This document shows, piece after piece, positions 38,848 through 48,780 of a DNA stretch of 64,000 nt (position 1 is its first letter; each line of letters begins with the position of its first letter). The position numbers and the translations under genes were made by a program. A model generated the notes under the pieces. That model was not told where the DNA came from, ran no database searches, and worked only from the letters and a program-made list of their open reading frames with translations. The stretch covers positions 17,552-81,551 of the forward strand of contig JACAET010000048.1 in NCBI GenBank assembly GCA_013388685.1. The letters run 5' to 3'. The DNA comes from Chloroflexota bacterium (lineage in GTDB: Bacteria > Chloroflexota > Anaerolineae > Anaerolineales > Villigracilaceae).

Positions 38848-40410
38848 ATGACAGGCGAACCGACTATTTCCTCCGACTACTGGAAAAACCTTCAAATCAC
38901 TCCTCAGGATGTCGAGTTCCTGAGCAACCATCTTTTTGAAACCGAAACCCCATTAACGACGCGTGAGCTGATAACGGTCTTGATTCGCGAACGAAACCGG
39001 CTCGAGCGCCTTGCCCTTCAGCAGCGCAGGCAGGCTGGTGGCAAGGTATATGCGCCTCGTGAATGTTATCAAACAGGCGACACGCTGATATTCCCCGCAT
39101 TGGAATGGAAACGCGGTACGGTGACGGACGTTCGGGCGGGCAACAACCCGGATTTGGGCGAATTCGATGTGCTGCTTGTCACTTTGGAGGACGGTGCCGA
39201 ACGCCTCTTTGCCTCACGGCTTGCGGTTCATGCCCTTAACGATATAACTACCGCAACCGAAAATGATGAGTTTGACTTGGATGCCATCCTGCGCGTTCAT
39301 GGAAATTCTCTCGACAAAAAACTAAGAGAGACTCTATACAAGGACGAAAATATCGTTCGTATTGCGGGTCGTTGGTTTCCCCGTGCCCTTTTGGTGGATG
39401 TCAATGTGGGACATCTCAATCTGGCGGAGGCAGTTCTGGATATGTCCGGAGGCGAGCCGCTTCCCACATCCGCCTTACTAAAAGATGTTGCTCTGCCCGA
39501 TGGAGTCAACCCTAAACTGGCGGAGTTCTCGCTCAACCTTGCGTTGCAGGAGGATGGCCGCTTTGATGAGGTCGGTCCGGCGGGGCAGGTGCTTTGGTGT
39601 TTGTACAGGCTGGAACCCGAGGAAGTTCGCGAAGTGCCGTTTTATTTGAGATATTCGCCGCTCGAGTTCGATCGGTCCGCGCTGACCGATGCCATGCTGG
39701 CGCTGGAAAAACAACTCGACGACGAGTTGAGCGATATTGAACCGGTGGACGGATCGCAGGTAAACGAAGTGACCATTTCGCTGATCTATCCGCATTTACG
39801 CGCGGGTACACTGCCTCTTTCGAGCCGGGTTCATTCGTTGTTTCCCACGGCATATGAGTCGCCACGCGTGCGTTTTACGCTGGTGGATGGCAGAACAAAA
39901 CAAAAAATGCCTGGCTGGGTGGTGCTGGAGCATAAATACGTGTTCGGCTTGCGGGACTGGTATAAGGCAAACGACCTCATGCCCGGCAGTCTTGTCAGCA
40001 TTCGAAGGGGTGATCAGCCTGGAGAGGTTGTCATTGAAGCCAAAACGCATCGTTCCACCAAGGATTGGTTGCGAACGGTCATTGTCGGCGCGGATGGGGG
40101 ACTGGTCTTTGCCATGTTGAAGCAACCTATCGCCGCCGAATTCAACGACCGCATGGCATTTGCCATCCCCTCCTTCGCCGCGGTGGACCAGATCTGGAAA
40201 CGGGAAGCCCGCCGTCCGTTCGATCAACTGGTTGCGAACATGATTCGCGAAGTTTCCAAACTGACCCCGCAAGGACACGTCCATGCGCAGGAATTATACT
40301 CGGCGGTCAATATCGTCCGCCGGGTGCCGCCTGCCCCGCTGTTTGCACTGCTGGCGACCATGCCCGAAATCTCCCATGTGGGCGATCTGCATTTTAGAAT
40401 TAACGAGTAG
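38848..40410 (+). CDS. Hypothetical cytoplasmic protein (520 aa)
   Basis: Long ORF with host-like codon use and no TM segment. Start MTGEPT is chosen downstream of the promoter. Confidence 0.75.
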   Translation: MTGEPTISSDYWKNLQITPQDVEFLSNHLFETETPLTTRELITVLIRERNRLERLALQQRRQAGGKVYAPRECYQTGDTLIFPALEWKRGTVTDVRAGNNPDLGEFDVLLVTLEDGAERLFASRLAVHALNDITTATENDEFDLDAILRVHGNSLDKKLRETLYKDENIVRIAGRWFPRALLVDVNVGHLNLAEAVLDMSGGEPLPTSALLKDVALPDGVNPKLAEFSLNLALQEDGRFDEVGPAGQVLWCLYRLEPEEVREVPFYLRYSPLEFDRSALTDAMLALEKQLDDELSDIEPVDGSQVNEVTISLIYPHLRAGTLPLSSRVHSLFPTAYESPRVRFTLVDGRTKQKMPGWVVLEHKYVFGLRDWYKANDLMPGSLVSIRRGDQPGEVVIEAKTHRSTKDWLRTVIVGADGGLVFAMLKQPIAAEFNDRMAFAIPSFAAVDQIWKREARRPFDQLVANMIREVSKLTPQGHVHAQELYSAVNIVRRVPPAPLFALLATMPEISHVGDLHFRINE

Positions 40411-40423
40411 GAGTGAAATAAAA

Positions 40424-40858
40424 ATGCCCGAAGGCAAGCGAAGCAGTCTGATTAAACCTACCCTGACAACGCCGTTTCACATTGATTTCGACTGGTGGAA
40501 AAGGAACGAGCGTGATTGGCACGTTTATCTGCGTTCGTTGTTATGTGCGGAACACCGGGAGGCTTTTGCAAACTCGGAAGAAGGACAGATAATTGACTGG
40601 GTTGATCCCGTGACCGCCGAGGTCAAACCTGTGGATGGCGTGCAAAATACCCTCATGTCCCACTGCGTCAAACAGCCCGATTTTCTGACAGATCAGACAG
40701 CCCTGGTGGAGGCGGTCTTTCGCTTATTTCTGACCAATGGGAATATTCCCATGTCCTCGGATGAATTGGGCAGCCGTTTGAACCGCCCTCCCGCGACCAT
40801 TCTGCGCACTCTGGCGGGGGCGCGGGTCTATAAGGGGATCAGACCTGTAAACAGTTAA
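40424..40858 (+). CDS. Hypothetical protein (144 aa), possibly nucleic-acid binding
   Basis: SD TAGGAG upstream. The C-terminus SSDELGSRLNRPPATILRTL is HTH-like. Confidence 0.7.
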   Translation: MPEGKRSSLIKPTLTTPFHIDFDWWKRNERDWHVYLRSLLCAEHREAFANSEEGQIIDWVDPVTAEVKPVDGVQNTLMSHCVKQPDFLTDQTALVEAVFRLFLTNGNIPMSSDELGSRLNRPPATILRTLAGARVYKGIRPVNS

Positions 40859-40880
40859 TAAATCGAATGGGCAAACGAAT

Positions 40881-40909
40881 TTGCCTGCTTTGCAAGGACG
40901 TACTACAAT
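40881..40909 (+). promoter_or_regulatory. Sigma70-type promoter of tRNA-Arg
   Basis: TTGCCT-17 nt-TACAAT, ending 10 nt before the tRNA 5' end. Confidence 0.65.
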
Positions 40910-40919
40910 ATATAAAAAT

Positions 40920-40992
40920 GCCCCCGTAGCTCAACGGATAGAGCACCAGCCTTCTAAGCTGTTGGTTGTGGGTTCGAATCCCGCCGGGGGCG
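40920..40992 (+). tRNA. tRNA-Arg(TCT)
   Basis: Acceptor GCCCCCG/CGGGGGC, D arm GCTC/GAGC, anticodon loop CT-TCT-AA, T loop TTCGAAT. CCA is not encoded (followed by CCT), and there is one C-T mismatch at the top of the anticodon stem. Confidence 0.95.
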
Positions 40993-41120
40993 CCTGGTAA
41001 AATCCGGCAGATCAGCGTCGTTTGCGCTCCCTTGTGTGCGTGTGGGCATTCACCATTGCCCAGTTCGCTGACGAGATGACCGCGTTCAAGCGTTCCCTGT
41101 TTTATTTAAAGAAGGTAGCC

Positions 41121-41498
41121 ATGCCCAACATTATTCGAAGATCGCACTCCACGTTACTCGAAGCTCACCACAAAATTTACAAGACCATTGCCTGGCAGGT
41201 ACGTTCCAATGTCTGGCGTCCGCCCACCGACGTTTATGAGACCGAGGACTCTATCGTGGTGAAGATGGAAATCGCCGGCATGCGCGATGAAGATCTCGAA
41301 GTGGCGGTGCAAGGAAACCTGTTGTTGGTCAGCGGCTCTCGTTTCGACTCGGCGGAACGAAAAGCCTATCATCAAATGGAAATCCCTTTTGGAAGGTTTT
41401 CGGTGGGCATCGAATTGACCGTAGAGGTGAATACCGAAAACGCAACAGCCGAATATAAGGACGGTTTCCTCGTCATTCAACTCCCCAAGGAAAAATAA
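41121..41498 (+). CDS. Small heat shock protein, Hsp20/alpha-crystallin family
   Basis: WRPPTDVYET, EIAGM and AEYKDGFLVIQLPK. Confidence 0.92.
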   Translation: MPNIIRRSHSTLLEAHHKIYKTIAWQVRSNVWRPPTDVYETEDSIVVKMEIAGMRDEDLEVAVQGNLLLVSGSRFDSAERKAYHQMEIPFGRFSVGIELTVEVNTENATAEYKDGFLVIQLPKEK

Positions 41499-41501
41499 TA
41501 C

Positions 41502-44123
41502 ATGCCCGCTTCAAGGTGGCAAACCAGTTTCGAGGACCTGTTTCGCTGGATGGATGGAGCCGATACCGATTCGTTTTCTTCTCTGGCATCCTCCCTTTTT
41601 CCCGGTTTTCAGAAAAACACACGCGCAGAAAACGATGCGCCTGCCGAGCAAGGCACTCCGCAGTATCCGGCGGTGTTGCCGATCCTGCCGTTGCGAGGCG
41701 TAGTCGTTTATCCGCAAACCGCAGTCCCGCTCACGGTGGGTCAGCCGCGCTCGATTCGTTTGGTGGACGATGTTGTCGGCGGAGATAAACTTGTAGGGCT
41801 GGTGACAGCCATGAACCCGGAAATAGAAACTCCGGGTCCTGCGGATCTTTACCGTACAGGGACGATTGCCACCGTCCATCGTCTTTTGCGCGCCCCCGAT
41901 GGTACGGTCCGTCTGCTCGTACAGGGCATGGCACGGTTCCGGCTGGGCGAATTTGTGGCGGAGGAGCCTTATCTCAAGGCGAAAATCGAGCTTGCACCCG
42001 AGCAGATCGAGCAAGGTTTGGAGGTTGACGCCCTGGCTCGCAATGCACGCGATCAATTCCGTCAGATTACCCAAATGATCCCGTCCTTTCCCGAAGAATT
42101 GGAAATGTCCATCACTTCGGTGGAGGATCCATTGCAAACGGCTTATAACATAGCCAATTTCCAGCGCATGGACCTCAAGGATGCGCAGGAAATACTGGAG
42201 TTGGATTCCGTTTCCGCCAAACTCAAGAAATTGATCGGGTTACTCGTACGTGAAGCAGAAGTTCTGCAACTGGGGCAGAAAATCCAAAACGAAGCGCGCG
42301 GGGAGATCGAAAAAGTGCAAAGGGATTACTTCCTGCGCGAGCAGATGAAAGCGATACAAAAGGAACTGGGCGAAAAGGATGAACAGGCTGTCGAGGTGGA
42401 TGAATTCCGCAGAAAGATCGAAGAAGCAAAAATGCCCGAAGAAGCGGAAAAACTGGCAAAACGTGAATTGGATCGTCTTGCGCGCCTTCCGGCGGCGGCG
42501 GCTGAATATGGTGTCATTCGTACCTACCTCGACTGGCTGGTATCCTTGCCCTGGTCCATCTCGACCAGCGACAATCTCGATATTCAACACGCCCGGACAA
42601 TCCTCGATAAAGATCATTATGGCCTGGAGGATGTCAAGGAACGTATTCTTGAATTCCTTGCCATTCGCAAATTGCGCCTCGAACGCAAAGATGAGCAGAA
42701 AGCACCCCATGAGGATCTGATCCGCCGCGAACGGGAAGGGGTGATCCTGTGCTTTGTCGGTCCGCCGGGGGTGGGAAAAACCTCGCTGGGACAGTCCATT
42801 GCCAGGGCGATGGAACGGAAATTCGTGCGCGCATCCCTGGGCGGCGTCCGGGACGAAGCGGAAATCCGCGGTCATCGCCGCACGTATATTGGCGCCATGC
42901 CAGGACGAATCCTGCAATCGCTTCGCCGCGTCGAGTCAAAAAACCCCGTTTTTATGCTCGACGAGATCGATAAATTGACCTTCGACTTTCATGGTGACCC
43001 GGCATCTGCCCTGCTCGAGGTATTGGACCCGGAACAAAACCTCGAATTCCGGGATAACTACCTCGAAGTGGCGTTTGACCTTTCGCAGGTCTTCTTTATC
43101 ACCACCGCCAACACGCTGGAACCCATTCCCGGTCCCCTGCGCGACCGCATGGAAATCATCTACCTCTCGGGTTACACGGAAAACGAAAAAATTGCCATCG
43201 CAAAAGGGTACCTCGTTCCTCGCCAGGTGCGCGAGAACAGCCTGCGGCCGAAGGAGATCCTTTTCAAGGAAGAAGCCTTGCGAAGGATCATCCGCGAGTA
43301 TACGCGCGAAGCCGGGGTACGCAACCTGGAACGCAAGATTGGCGCGGTTTGCCGGAAGGTGGGAACCCGCATTGCGGAGGGCAGACTCAAAAAAGCGATC
43401 ATCACGCCGGAACGTGTGGAGGAATATCTCGACAACCCGATTTATCTCCCCAGCGAAGAACTGAACCAGCGTGTGTCCATCCCGGGGGTCGTACCCGGTT
43501 TGGCATGGACACCCTACGGCGGCGATATCTTGTTCGTCGAAGCGACCTCCATGCCCGGCTCGAAGGGTTTTCAGGTGACCGGCTCGATCGGCAACGTGAT
43601 GAACGAATCAGCGCGCGCCGCGCTCTCCTTTGTCCGTTCACGCGCCCAAAAATTAGGCTTGGACGACGAGTTCTTCAACAAATCGGATATTCACCTGCAC
43701 ATCCCCTCCGGCGCCCAACCCAAGGATGGACCATCCGCCGGAGTCACCATGGCGACCGCCATCGTATCGCTTGCCTCCGGGCGCAAGGTCAAACCCCGCC
43801 TGGGAATGACCGGCGAAATCACCCTGCGCGGGCAGGTCCTACCAATCGGAGGAGTCAAGGAGAAGGTCCTTGCCGCTCACCGTACCGGTCTCAGAACGGT
43901 CATTCTGCCGCGTCGAAACAAACAGGATCTCGACGATGTGCCGGACGAGATCAAAAAGTCCATGAAATTCATTTTCGTGGACACAGTGGACGATGTCATC
44001 GCCGCATCCCTTGAGCCTCTCGAAAAAAGAACAAGAACCAAATCTGCCGGCGCAAAAACGAAGACCAAAACTGCCAAAAGGACGAAAAAAGGGAATGTCA
44101 AAAATACTGCTCGCGGAAGATGA
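41502..44123 (+). CDS. lon: ATP-dependent protease La
   Basis: LonN domain ([10 protein letters not shown]), [19 protein letters not shown] (Ser) and GGVKEK (Lys). Confidence 0.96.
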   Translation: MPASRWQTSFEDLFRWMDGADTDSFSSLASSLFPGFQKNTRAENDAPAEQGTPQYPAVLPILPLRGVVVYPQTAVPLTVGQPRSIRLVDDVVGGDKLVGLVTAMNPEIETPGPADLYRTGTIATVHRLLRAPDGTVRLLVQGMARFRLGEFVAEEPYLKAKIELAPEQIEQGLEVDALARNARDQFRQITQMIPSFPEELEMSITSVEDPLQTAYNIANFQRMDLKDAQEILELDSVSAKLKKLIGLLVREAEVLQLGQKIQNEARGEIEKVQRDYFLREQMKAIQKELGEKDEQAVEVDEFRRKIEEAKMPEEAEKLAKRELDRLARLPAAAAEYGVIRTYLDWLVSLPWSISTSDNLDIQHARTILDKDHYGLEDVKERILEFLAIRKLRLERKDEQKAPHEDLIRREREGVILCFVGPPGVGKTSLGQSIARAMERKFVRASLGGVRDEAEIRGHRRTYIGAMPGRILQSLRRVESKNPVFMLDEIDKLTFDFHGDPASALLEVLDPEQNLEFRDNYLEVAFDLSQVFFITTANTLEPIPGPLRDRMEIIYLSGYTENEKIAIAKGYLVPRQVRENSLRPKEILFKEEALRRIIREYTREAGVRNLERKIGAVCRKVGTRIAEGRLKKAIITPERVEEYLDNPIYLPSEELNQRVSIPGVVPGLAWTPYGGDILFVEATSMPGSKGFQVTGSIGNVMNESARAALSFVRSRAQKLGLDDEFFNKSDIHLHIPSGAQPKDGPSAGVTMATAIVSLASGRKVKPRLGMTGEITLRGQVLPIGGVKEKVLAAHRTGLRTVILPRRNKQDLDDVPDEIKKSMKFIFVDTVDDVIAASLEPLEKRTRTKSAGAKTKTKTAKRTKKGNVKNTARGR

Positions 44124-44439
44124 CCGCACCATGGTGTCTCTGTTGACGACCCTGTTGCATATGGAGGGCTTCGAGGTTGTAGCGCTCGATCTTGATGACG
44201 ACGTTTCGGCGGCTGTTGCAAGAGAACATCCCGATTCCCTGCTGATGGACGTGCATCTCGGCGGGCAAAACGGAATGGAAATCGTCAAAAACATCCGTCA
44301 AGACCCTGCCAACCGGAACATCAATATCGTCATGACATCGGGCTTGAATATGAAGGAGGAATGTTTGAAACGCGGCGCCAACCATTTCCTCCTCAAACCA
44401 TTCATGCCAGACGATCTGTTGAAGTTGTTGAAAAAATAG
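44095..44439 (+). CDS. Stand-alone response regulator receiver (CheY-like)
   Basis: ILLAEDD, MDVHL and LLKPF. Overlaps the lon 3' end. Confidence 0.85.
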   Translation: MSKILLAEDDRTMVSLLTTLLHMEGFEVVALDLDDDVSAAVAREHPDSLLMDVHLGGQNGMEIVKNIRQDPANRNINIVMTSGLNMKEECLKRGANHFLLKPFMPDDLLKLLKK

Positions 44440-44509
44440 AACCATGCCGCCATCGCAGACGCGTCTGACGCTTCATGGATGAGTCCGCCCATTCGGGAAA
44501 ATCCCTGTT

Positions 44510-45004
44510 ATGACCATCCGATTTGGAATTTTGACCCTATCCGACCGATCCGCACGCGGTGAACGCGCCGACGCTTCTGGTCCTGCCCTTGCGCGTCTGC
44601 TCCTCGCCGAAAACTGGTCGGTCGTCCATCAGCATCTTCTCCCCGACGACGAAGCCGCCATCCGTCAGATCCTCATCGAATGGGCAGACAGCGGCACAGT
44701 GGACGTGATCCTCACCACCGGTGGTACCGGCTTTGCCTTGCGCGACATCACCCCCGAAGCGACGCGGGCGGTCATTCAGCGTGAAGCGCCGGGCATTGCC
44801 GAGGCGATGCGCGCCGCCAGCCTCAAGATCACCCCGCACGCCATGCTTTCGAGGGTTGTTGCCGGTATTCGCAACCGCACGCTGATCGTCAACCTTCCCG
44901 GAAGTCCCAAAGGTGCGATCGAAAATTTGCAGGTGCTCCTTCCGGCGCTTCCCCATGCGGTGCAACTTTTGCGCGACGACCCACGATCCGATACTTCTCA
45001 TTGA
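44510..45004 (+). CDS. mog: Molybdopterin adenylyltransferase, MogA/MoaB family
   Basis: LTLSDR, DASGP, TTGGTG, DITPEA and NLPGSP. Confidence 0.88.
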   Translation: MTIRFGILTLSDRSARGERADASGPALARLLLAENWSVVHQHLLPDDEAAIRQILIEWADSGTVDVILTTGGTGFALRDITPEATRAVIQREAPGIAEAMRAASLKITPHAMLSRVVAGIRNRTLIVNLPGSPKGAIENLQVLLPALPHAVQLLRDDPRSDTSH

Positions 45005-45185
45005 TTTATTTCTCGTAGTATAATCCCGCCGCTCACGGCAAAATATACCGTACGACTTGAGCGGAATCAGCGGATCGCGAAAACGTGCAGGTTGGACTCT
45101 CCAGCGCAAATCATTCCCCGGAGAACGCCAAACGCACGCGTTCACGCAACCGCTGAGAATCAAAATCGCAAAGGAAAGTGCAGGC

Positions 45186-45743
45186 ATGATAGACGTAAAC
45201 GAACTTCGCAAAGGAGTGACCTTCGAATTGGACGGCGCGCTCTACAAAGTGCTCGATTACAGCCACAACAAAACCGGGCGCGGCAACGCCAACATCCGCA
45301 TCAAAGCGCGGAATTTGCTCACCGGAGCCAATATCGAACGCACCTTCAACTCGGGACAATCCGTGCAGGATATCCGGCTCGACTTCCATAATGTGTCCTA
45401 CCTGTATACCGACGGCGACTTCTATCACTTTATGGATAACGAAACCTTCGAACAGCCCGCCATCAAAGCGGAAATGCTCGGCGATGCCGCCCTGTATCTC
45501 AAGGAGGGCATGGAAGTCAAACTGACTTTCTATAACGGCATGCCCATTGACGTGGAAATCCCGTTGTCCGTTGACCACAAAGTGGTGGAAGCCGAGACCG
45601 CCATCCGCGGCGATACCGCCACCGGCGTAACGAAAAAGGTAAAAACCGAAACCGGGTTGGAAGTGCAATGCCCCCAGTTCGTCAAAGTCGGCGACGTAAT
45701 CCGCATCAACACCGAGACGGGCGAATATATCACGCGCGTCTGA
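45186..45743 (+). CDS. efp: Elongation factor P
   Basis: LRKG, HNKTGRG loop, YLYTDG, HFMDNETFEQ, RGDTATG and ETG...PQFV. Confidence 0.93.
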   Translation: MIDVNELRKGVTFELDGALYKVLDYSHNKTGRGNANIRIKARNLLTGANIERTFNSGQSVQDIRLDFHNVSYLYTDGDFYHFMDNETFEQPAIKAEMLGDAALYLKEGMEVKLTFYNGMPIDVEIPLSVDHKVVEAETAIRGDTATGVTKKVKTETGLEVQCPQFVKVGDVIRINTETGEYITRV

Positions 45744-45756
45744 TTGTTCGAACCTG

Positions 45757-45801
45757 TGCGCGGGCGGTTGGTCATAAAACCACCCGCCCGCGCATCCTTT
45801 T
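45757..45801 (+). terminator. Intrinsic terminator after efp
   Basis: Stem TGCGCGGGCGG/CCGCCCGCGCA followed by TCCTTTT. Confidence 0.6.
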
Positions 45802-45828
45802 CCCAAAAGGATTTATAATTATTCAACC

Positions 45829-46158
45829 ATGAAGACCCCCGCCGGCAGGGATTGTCCGCATTTCTATGGCGATTACTTTCGCGGGCGCAACACAGAAGAA
45901 TGCCGCCTGCTCAAAGCCGCCGGTCAAGCCTGGACGCGTGACCTGTGCGCCTCCTGTCCCGTACCCGAAATCAGTCTGGCAAACGCATGTGAGCATATGC
46001 GTTTGCGTCCCCGAATCGGGCGCCCCCTCTCCGCCGCGTTCATGAGGCGCATACAGGTACAGGCATTTTGCGATAAATCCCAGCGAACCGTCAGAGAACC
46101 GCATATCGGTTGCGGGGAATGTCATGCCCTTCCATTCAAATTCGAAGTCAAATCCTGA
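45829..46158 (+). CDS. Small Cys-rich hypothetical protein (8 Cys, two CxxC)
   Basis: LCASC and GCGECH. TATAAT lies 9 nt before the ATG. Confidence 0.75.
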   Translation: MKTPAGRDCPHFYGDYFRGRNTEECRLLKAAGQAWTRDLCASCPVPEISLANACEHMRLRPRIGRPLSAAFMRRIQVQAFCDKSQRTVREPHIGCGECHALPFKFEVKS

Positions 46159-46209
46159 ATTGTCCATTGTCTGGCGGGGCAAACCAACGCAAGGAAAACC
46201 ATTCGACCC

Positions 46210-47412
46210 ATGCCATTTACGCTTCTGTTCGACCTCGATGATACGTTGTTGGACACGAACATCGAGACATTCATCCCTGCCTATTTTCAGGCGTTATCCG
46301 GACATCTGGCGCCTTACGTCTCCTCGACCCTTCTGATTCCGGCATTGCTGTCCTCCACCCGATTGATGATGGAGAACGACGATCCGTCTCGACCTTTGCG
46401 TGACGTCTTCGAACGCGACTTTTACGCCCGATTGGGTATCGTCAAAAACGAGATTGCCGAAGCGCTCGATGAATTCTACGATCGTGTGTTTCCCCGGCTC
46501 GAATCCAAAACTGGTCGCCGTCCCGATGCGGCGCCTTTGATCGAATGGGTAATTTCACAGGGGCATCACGTCGCGATTGCGACCGACCCGCTCTTTCCGC
46601 TCAAAGCCACGCACCAGCGTTTGCGCTGGGCGGGTTTGGATCCCGCGCAATTCGAGCTGGTTTCATCCTTCGAAAATTTTCATTTCAGCAAATCACACAC
46701 GGCGTATTACGCCGAGATGCTCGGTCAGTTGGGCTGGAACGATGGAGCCGTTCTGATGATTGGCAACGATGTCGAACGGGATTTGATCCCCGCTCACAGG
46801 CTTGGGCTGAGAACCTATTTCGTGGACGGCGACCCCGCCTCAAGTCCCGGATTTGAAGCGGGGCGCGGCAACTTAAAGGATATCCGCCCGTGGCTTGAGT
46901 CCCTCGAGGCGTCGGCGTTCGAGCCGTCCTTTCAATCCCCCGAGGCGGTGCAGGCGATTTTAAGATCCACCCCGGCTGTCTTGCAGACGCTCACAGCCTC
47001 TCTTAAAAGGGAGAAGTGGAGCGTGGAACCTTTCGGTGAAGATTGGGCGTTGAACGAAATCGTCTGCCATTTGCGCGATACCGAACGCGAAATCCATCAT
47101 CTGCAATTGCGCCTCCTGTTCCAGCGGGAGGATGCGTTCATTCCGCGCCCCGATACGGCGGTATGGGCAAGCGAACGCGACTACCTGCAGGTGGACGGTT
47201 GGACCGCCCTGCAGGAATTTACTGCGGCGCGCCTGGAAACCGTCTCGCAATTGGCGAATCTGGACGGTTCGCTCTGGTCGCGCAAGGCGCGCCACGCGAT
47301 TTTTGGACCGACGAGTTTTCTGGAAGTTCTGGGTTTCATGGCGGATCACGACCGTATGCATATTCAGCAGGTAAAAAAGACTTTGAAAAACCTGCAGGGC
47401 GAGCGTGTCTAA
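46210..47412 (+). CDS. HAD-family hydrolase fused to a DinB-like domain
   Basis: FDLDDTL, FSK and MIGND (HAD). C-terminal WALNEIVCHLRD and HDRMH (DinB-type His residues). Confidence 0.8.
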   Translation: MPFTLLFDLDDTLLDTNIETFIPAYFQALSGHLAPYVSSTLLIPALLSSTRLMMENDDPSRPLRDVFERDFYARLGIVKNEIAEALDEFYDRVFPRLESKTGRRPDAAPLIEWVISQGHHVAIATDPLFPLKATHQRLRWAGLDPAQFELVSSFENFHFSKSHTAYYAEMLGQLGWNDGAVLMIGNDVERDLIPAHRLGLRTYFVDGDPASSPGFEAGRGNLKDIRPWLESLEASAFEPSFQSPEAVQAILRSTPAVLQTLTASLKREKWSVEPFGEDWALNEIVCHLRDTEREIHHLQLRLLFQREDAFIPRPDTAVWASERDYLQVDGWTALQEFTAARLETVSQLANLDGSLWSRKARHAIFGPTSFLEVLGFMADHDRMHIQQVKKTLKNLQGERV

Positions 47413-47487
47413 TCTGCCGCAGGCGTGTTATAACACCTGATTTTACCGGAAGCATTTCCCCGGGTTCATTCGAAGGAGAACGGCTTT

Positions 47488-48729
47488 ATGCGAAGAAGAG
47501 TTGTCGTGACGGGGATGGGATGTATCAGCCCCGTCGGCAATACGGTGGAGGAAACATGGGGTTCGTTGCTGGGGGGCAAATCCGGCGCGGGACCCATCAC
47601 CTTGTTCGATGCCAGCAGGCATAAAACCCGCTTTGCCGCGGAGGTGAAGGGCTTCGACGCGGCGGCTGTATTGGGCAATCGCGAGGCGCGTAAAATGGAC
47701 CGCTTTACACAGTTTGCCACGGTCGCGGCGCTCGAAGCGTTGAATCAAGCCGGGTTGAAAATTGACGATTCCAATCGCAACCGCGTGGGCGTGCTGATCG
47801 GCACCGGCATCGGCGGTATCGGCACCATCATAGAACAGGCTGAAGTTTTGCGCGAGCGTGGTCCCGAACGCGTCAGCCCGTTTCTGGTTCCCATGATGAT
47901 TTCAGACAGCGCGGCGGGCATGCTCGCCATCCGCCTTGGGGCGCGTGGACCAAACATGGCGGTGGCAACCGCCTGCGCATCGGGTAATAACGCCATCGGC
48001 GAAGCCATGGAGATGATCCGGCGCGGCGCGGCGGACGCCATGATTGCGGGCGCTTCCGAAGGCGCGCTTGTGCCGCTTGCCATGGCGGGGATGAATGTAA
48101 TGGGCGCGCTTTCCACGCGCAACGACGATCCGCTGACGGCTTCACGCCCGTTCGACAAGGATCGCGACGGCTTCCTGATGGGTGAGGGCGCCGGCATCTT
48201 GATTCTCGAATCGCTCGAATTTGCACAGGCGCGCGACGCGGCAATCCTGTGTGAATTGACCGGATACGGCACCACGGACGATGCCTATCACATCTCCGCG
48301 CCCGCGGAGAATGGCGCTGGTGCGGCAATGTCCATGAAGCTGGCGTTGGAGGACGCCGGTTTGAGCGTGACCGATATTGATTATATCAATGCGCACGGCA
48401 CGTCCACGCCGCTAAACGACAAGAGCGAAACCGCCGCCATCAAAACTGTCTTTGGCGGGCAGGCTTATAAAATTCCCGTCTCTTCTACAAAGTCCATGAC
48501 CGGGCATTTGCTGGGCGCATCCGGCGCGGTGGAGGCGGTGTTCAGCATTCTGGCGATGCGCGCCGGAATCATCCCGGCGACGATCAATTACCAGACCCCC
48601 GATCCTGATTGCGACCTGGACATTGTCCCCAATACGCCGCGCCGCGCATCGCTCAGGCATGTGATGTCCAATTCTTTTGGGTTTGGCGGGCATAACGCCA
48701 CACTGGTGTTCAGCCGGTTCGAGGGGTAG
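47488..48729 (+). CDS. fabF: Beta-ketoacyl-ACP synthase II
   Basis: TACASG, NAHGTST, GHLLGASG and SNSFGFGGHN. Confidence 0.95.
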   Translation: MRRRVVVTGMGCISPVGNTVEETWGSLLGGKSGAGPITLFDASRHKTRFAAEVKGFDAAAVLGNREARKMDRFTQFATVAALEALNQAGLKIDDSNRNRVGVLIGTGIGGIGTIIEQAEVLRERGPERVSPFLVPMMISDSAAGMLAIRLGARGPNMAVATACASGNNAIGEAMEMIRRGAADAMIAGASEGALVPLAMAGMNVMGALSTRNDDPLTASRPFDKDRDGFLMGEGAGILILESLEFAQARDAAILCELTGYGTTDDAYHISAPAENGAGAAMSMKLALEDAGLSVTDIDYINAHGTSTPLNDKSETAAIKTVFGGQAYKIPVSSTKSMTGHLLGASGAVEAVFSILAMRAGIIPATINYQTPDPDCDLDIVPNTPRRASLRHVMSNSFGFGGHNATLVFSRFEG

Positions 48730-48780
48730 GGCGTCTTCCCGAATACAGCCGGCGCGGCGGCAATCGAGCAGGAGTAGGCT

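Noticed and set aside
40920-41120. tRNA-Arg as an integration site
   Set aside because: No duplicated tRNA 3' end, no integrase nearby, and host-like genes on both sides.
40993-41120. CIRCE or other heat-shock operator upstream of hsp20-lon
   Set aside because: No TTAGCACTC-N9-GAGTGCTAA or comparable inverted repeat was seen.
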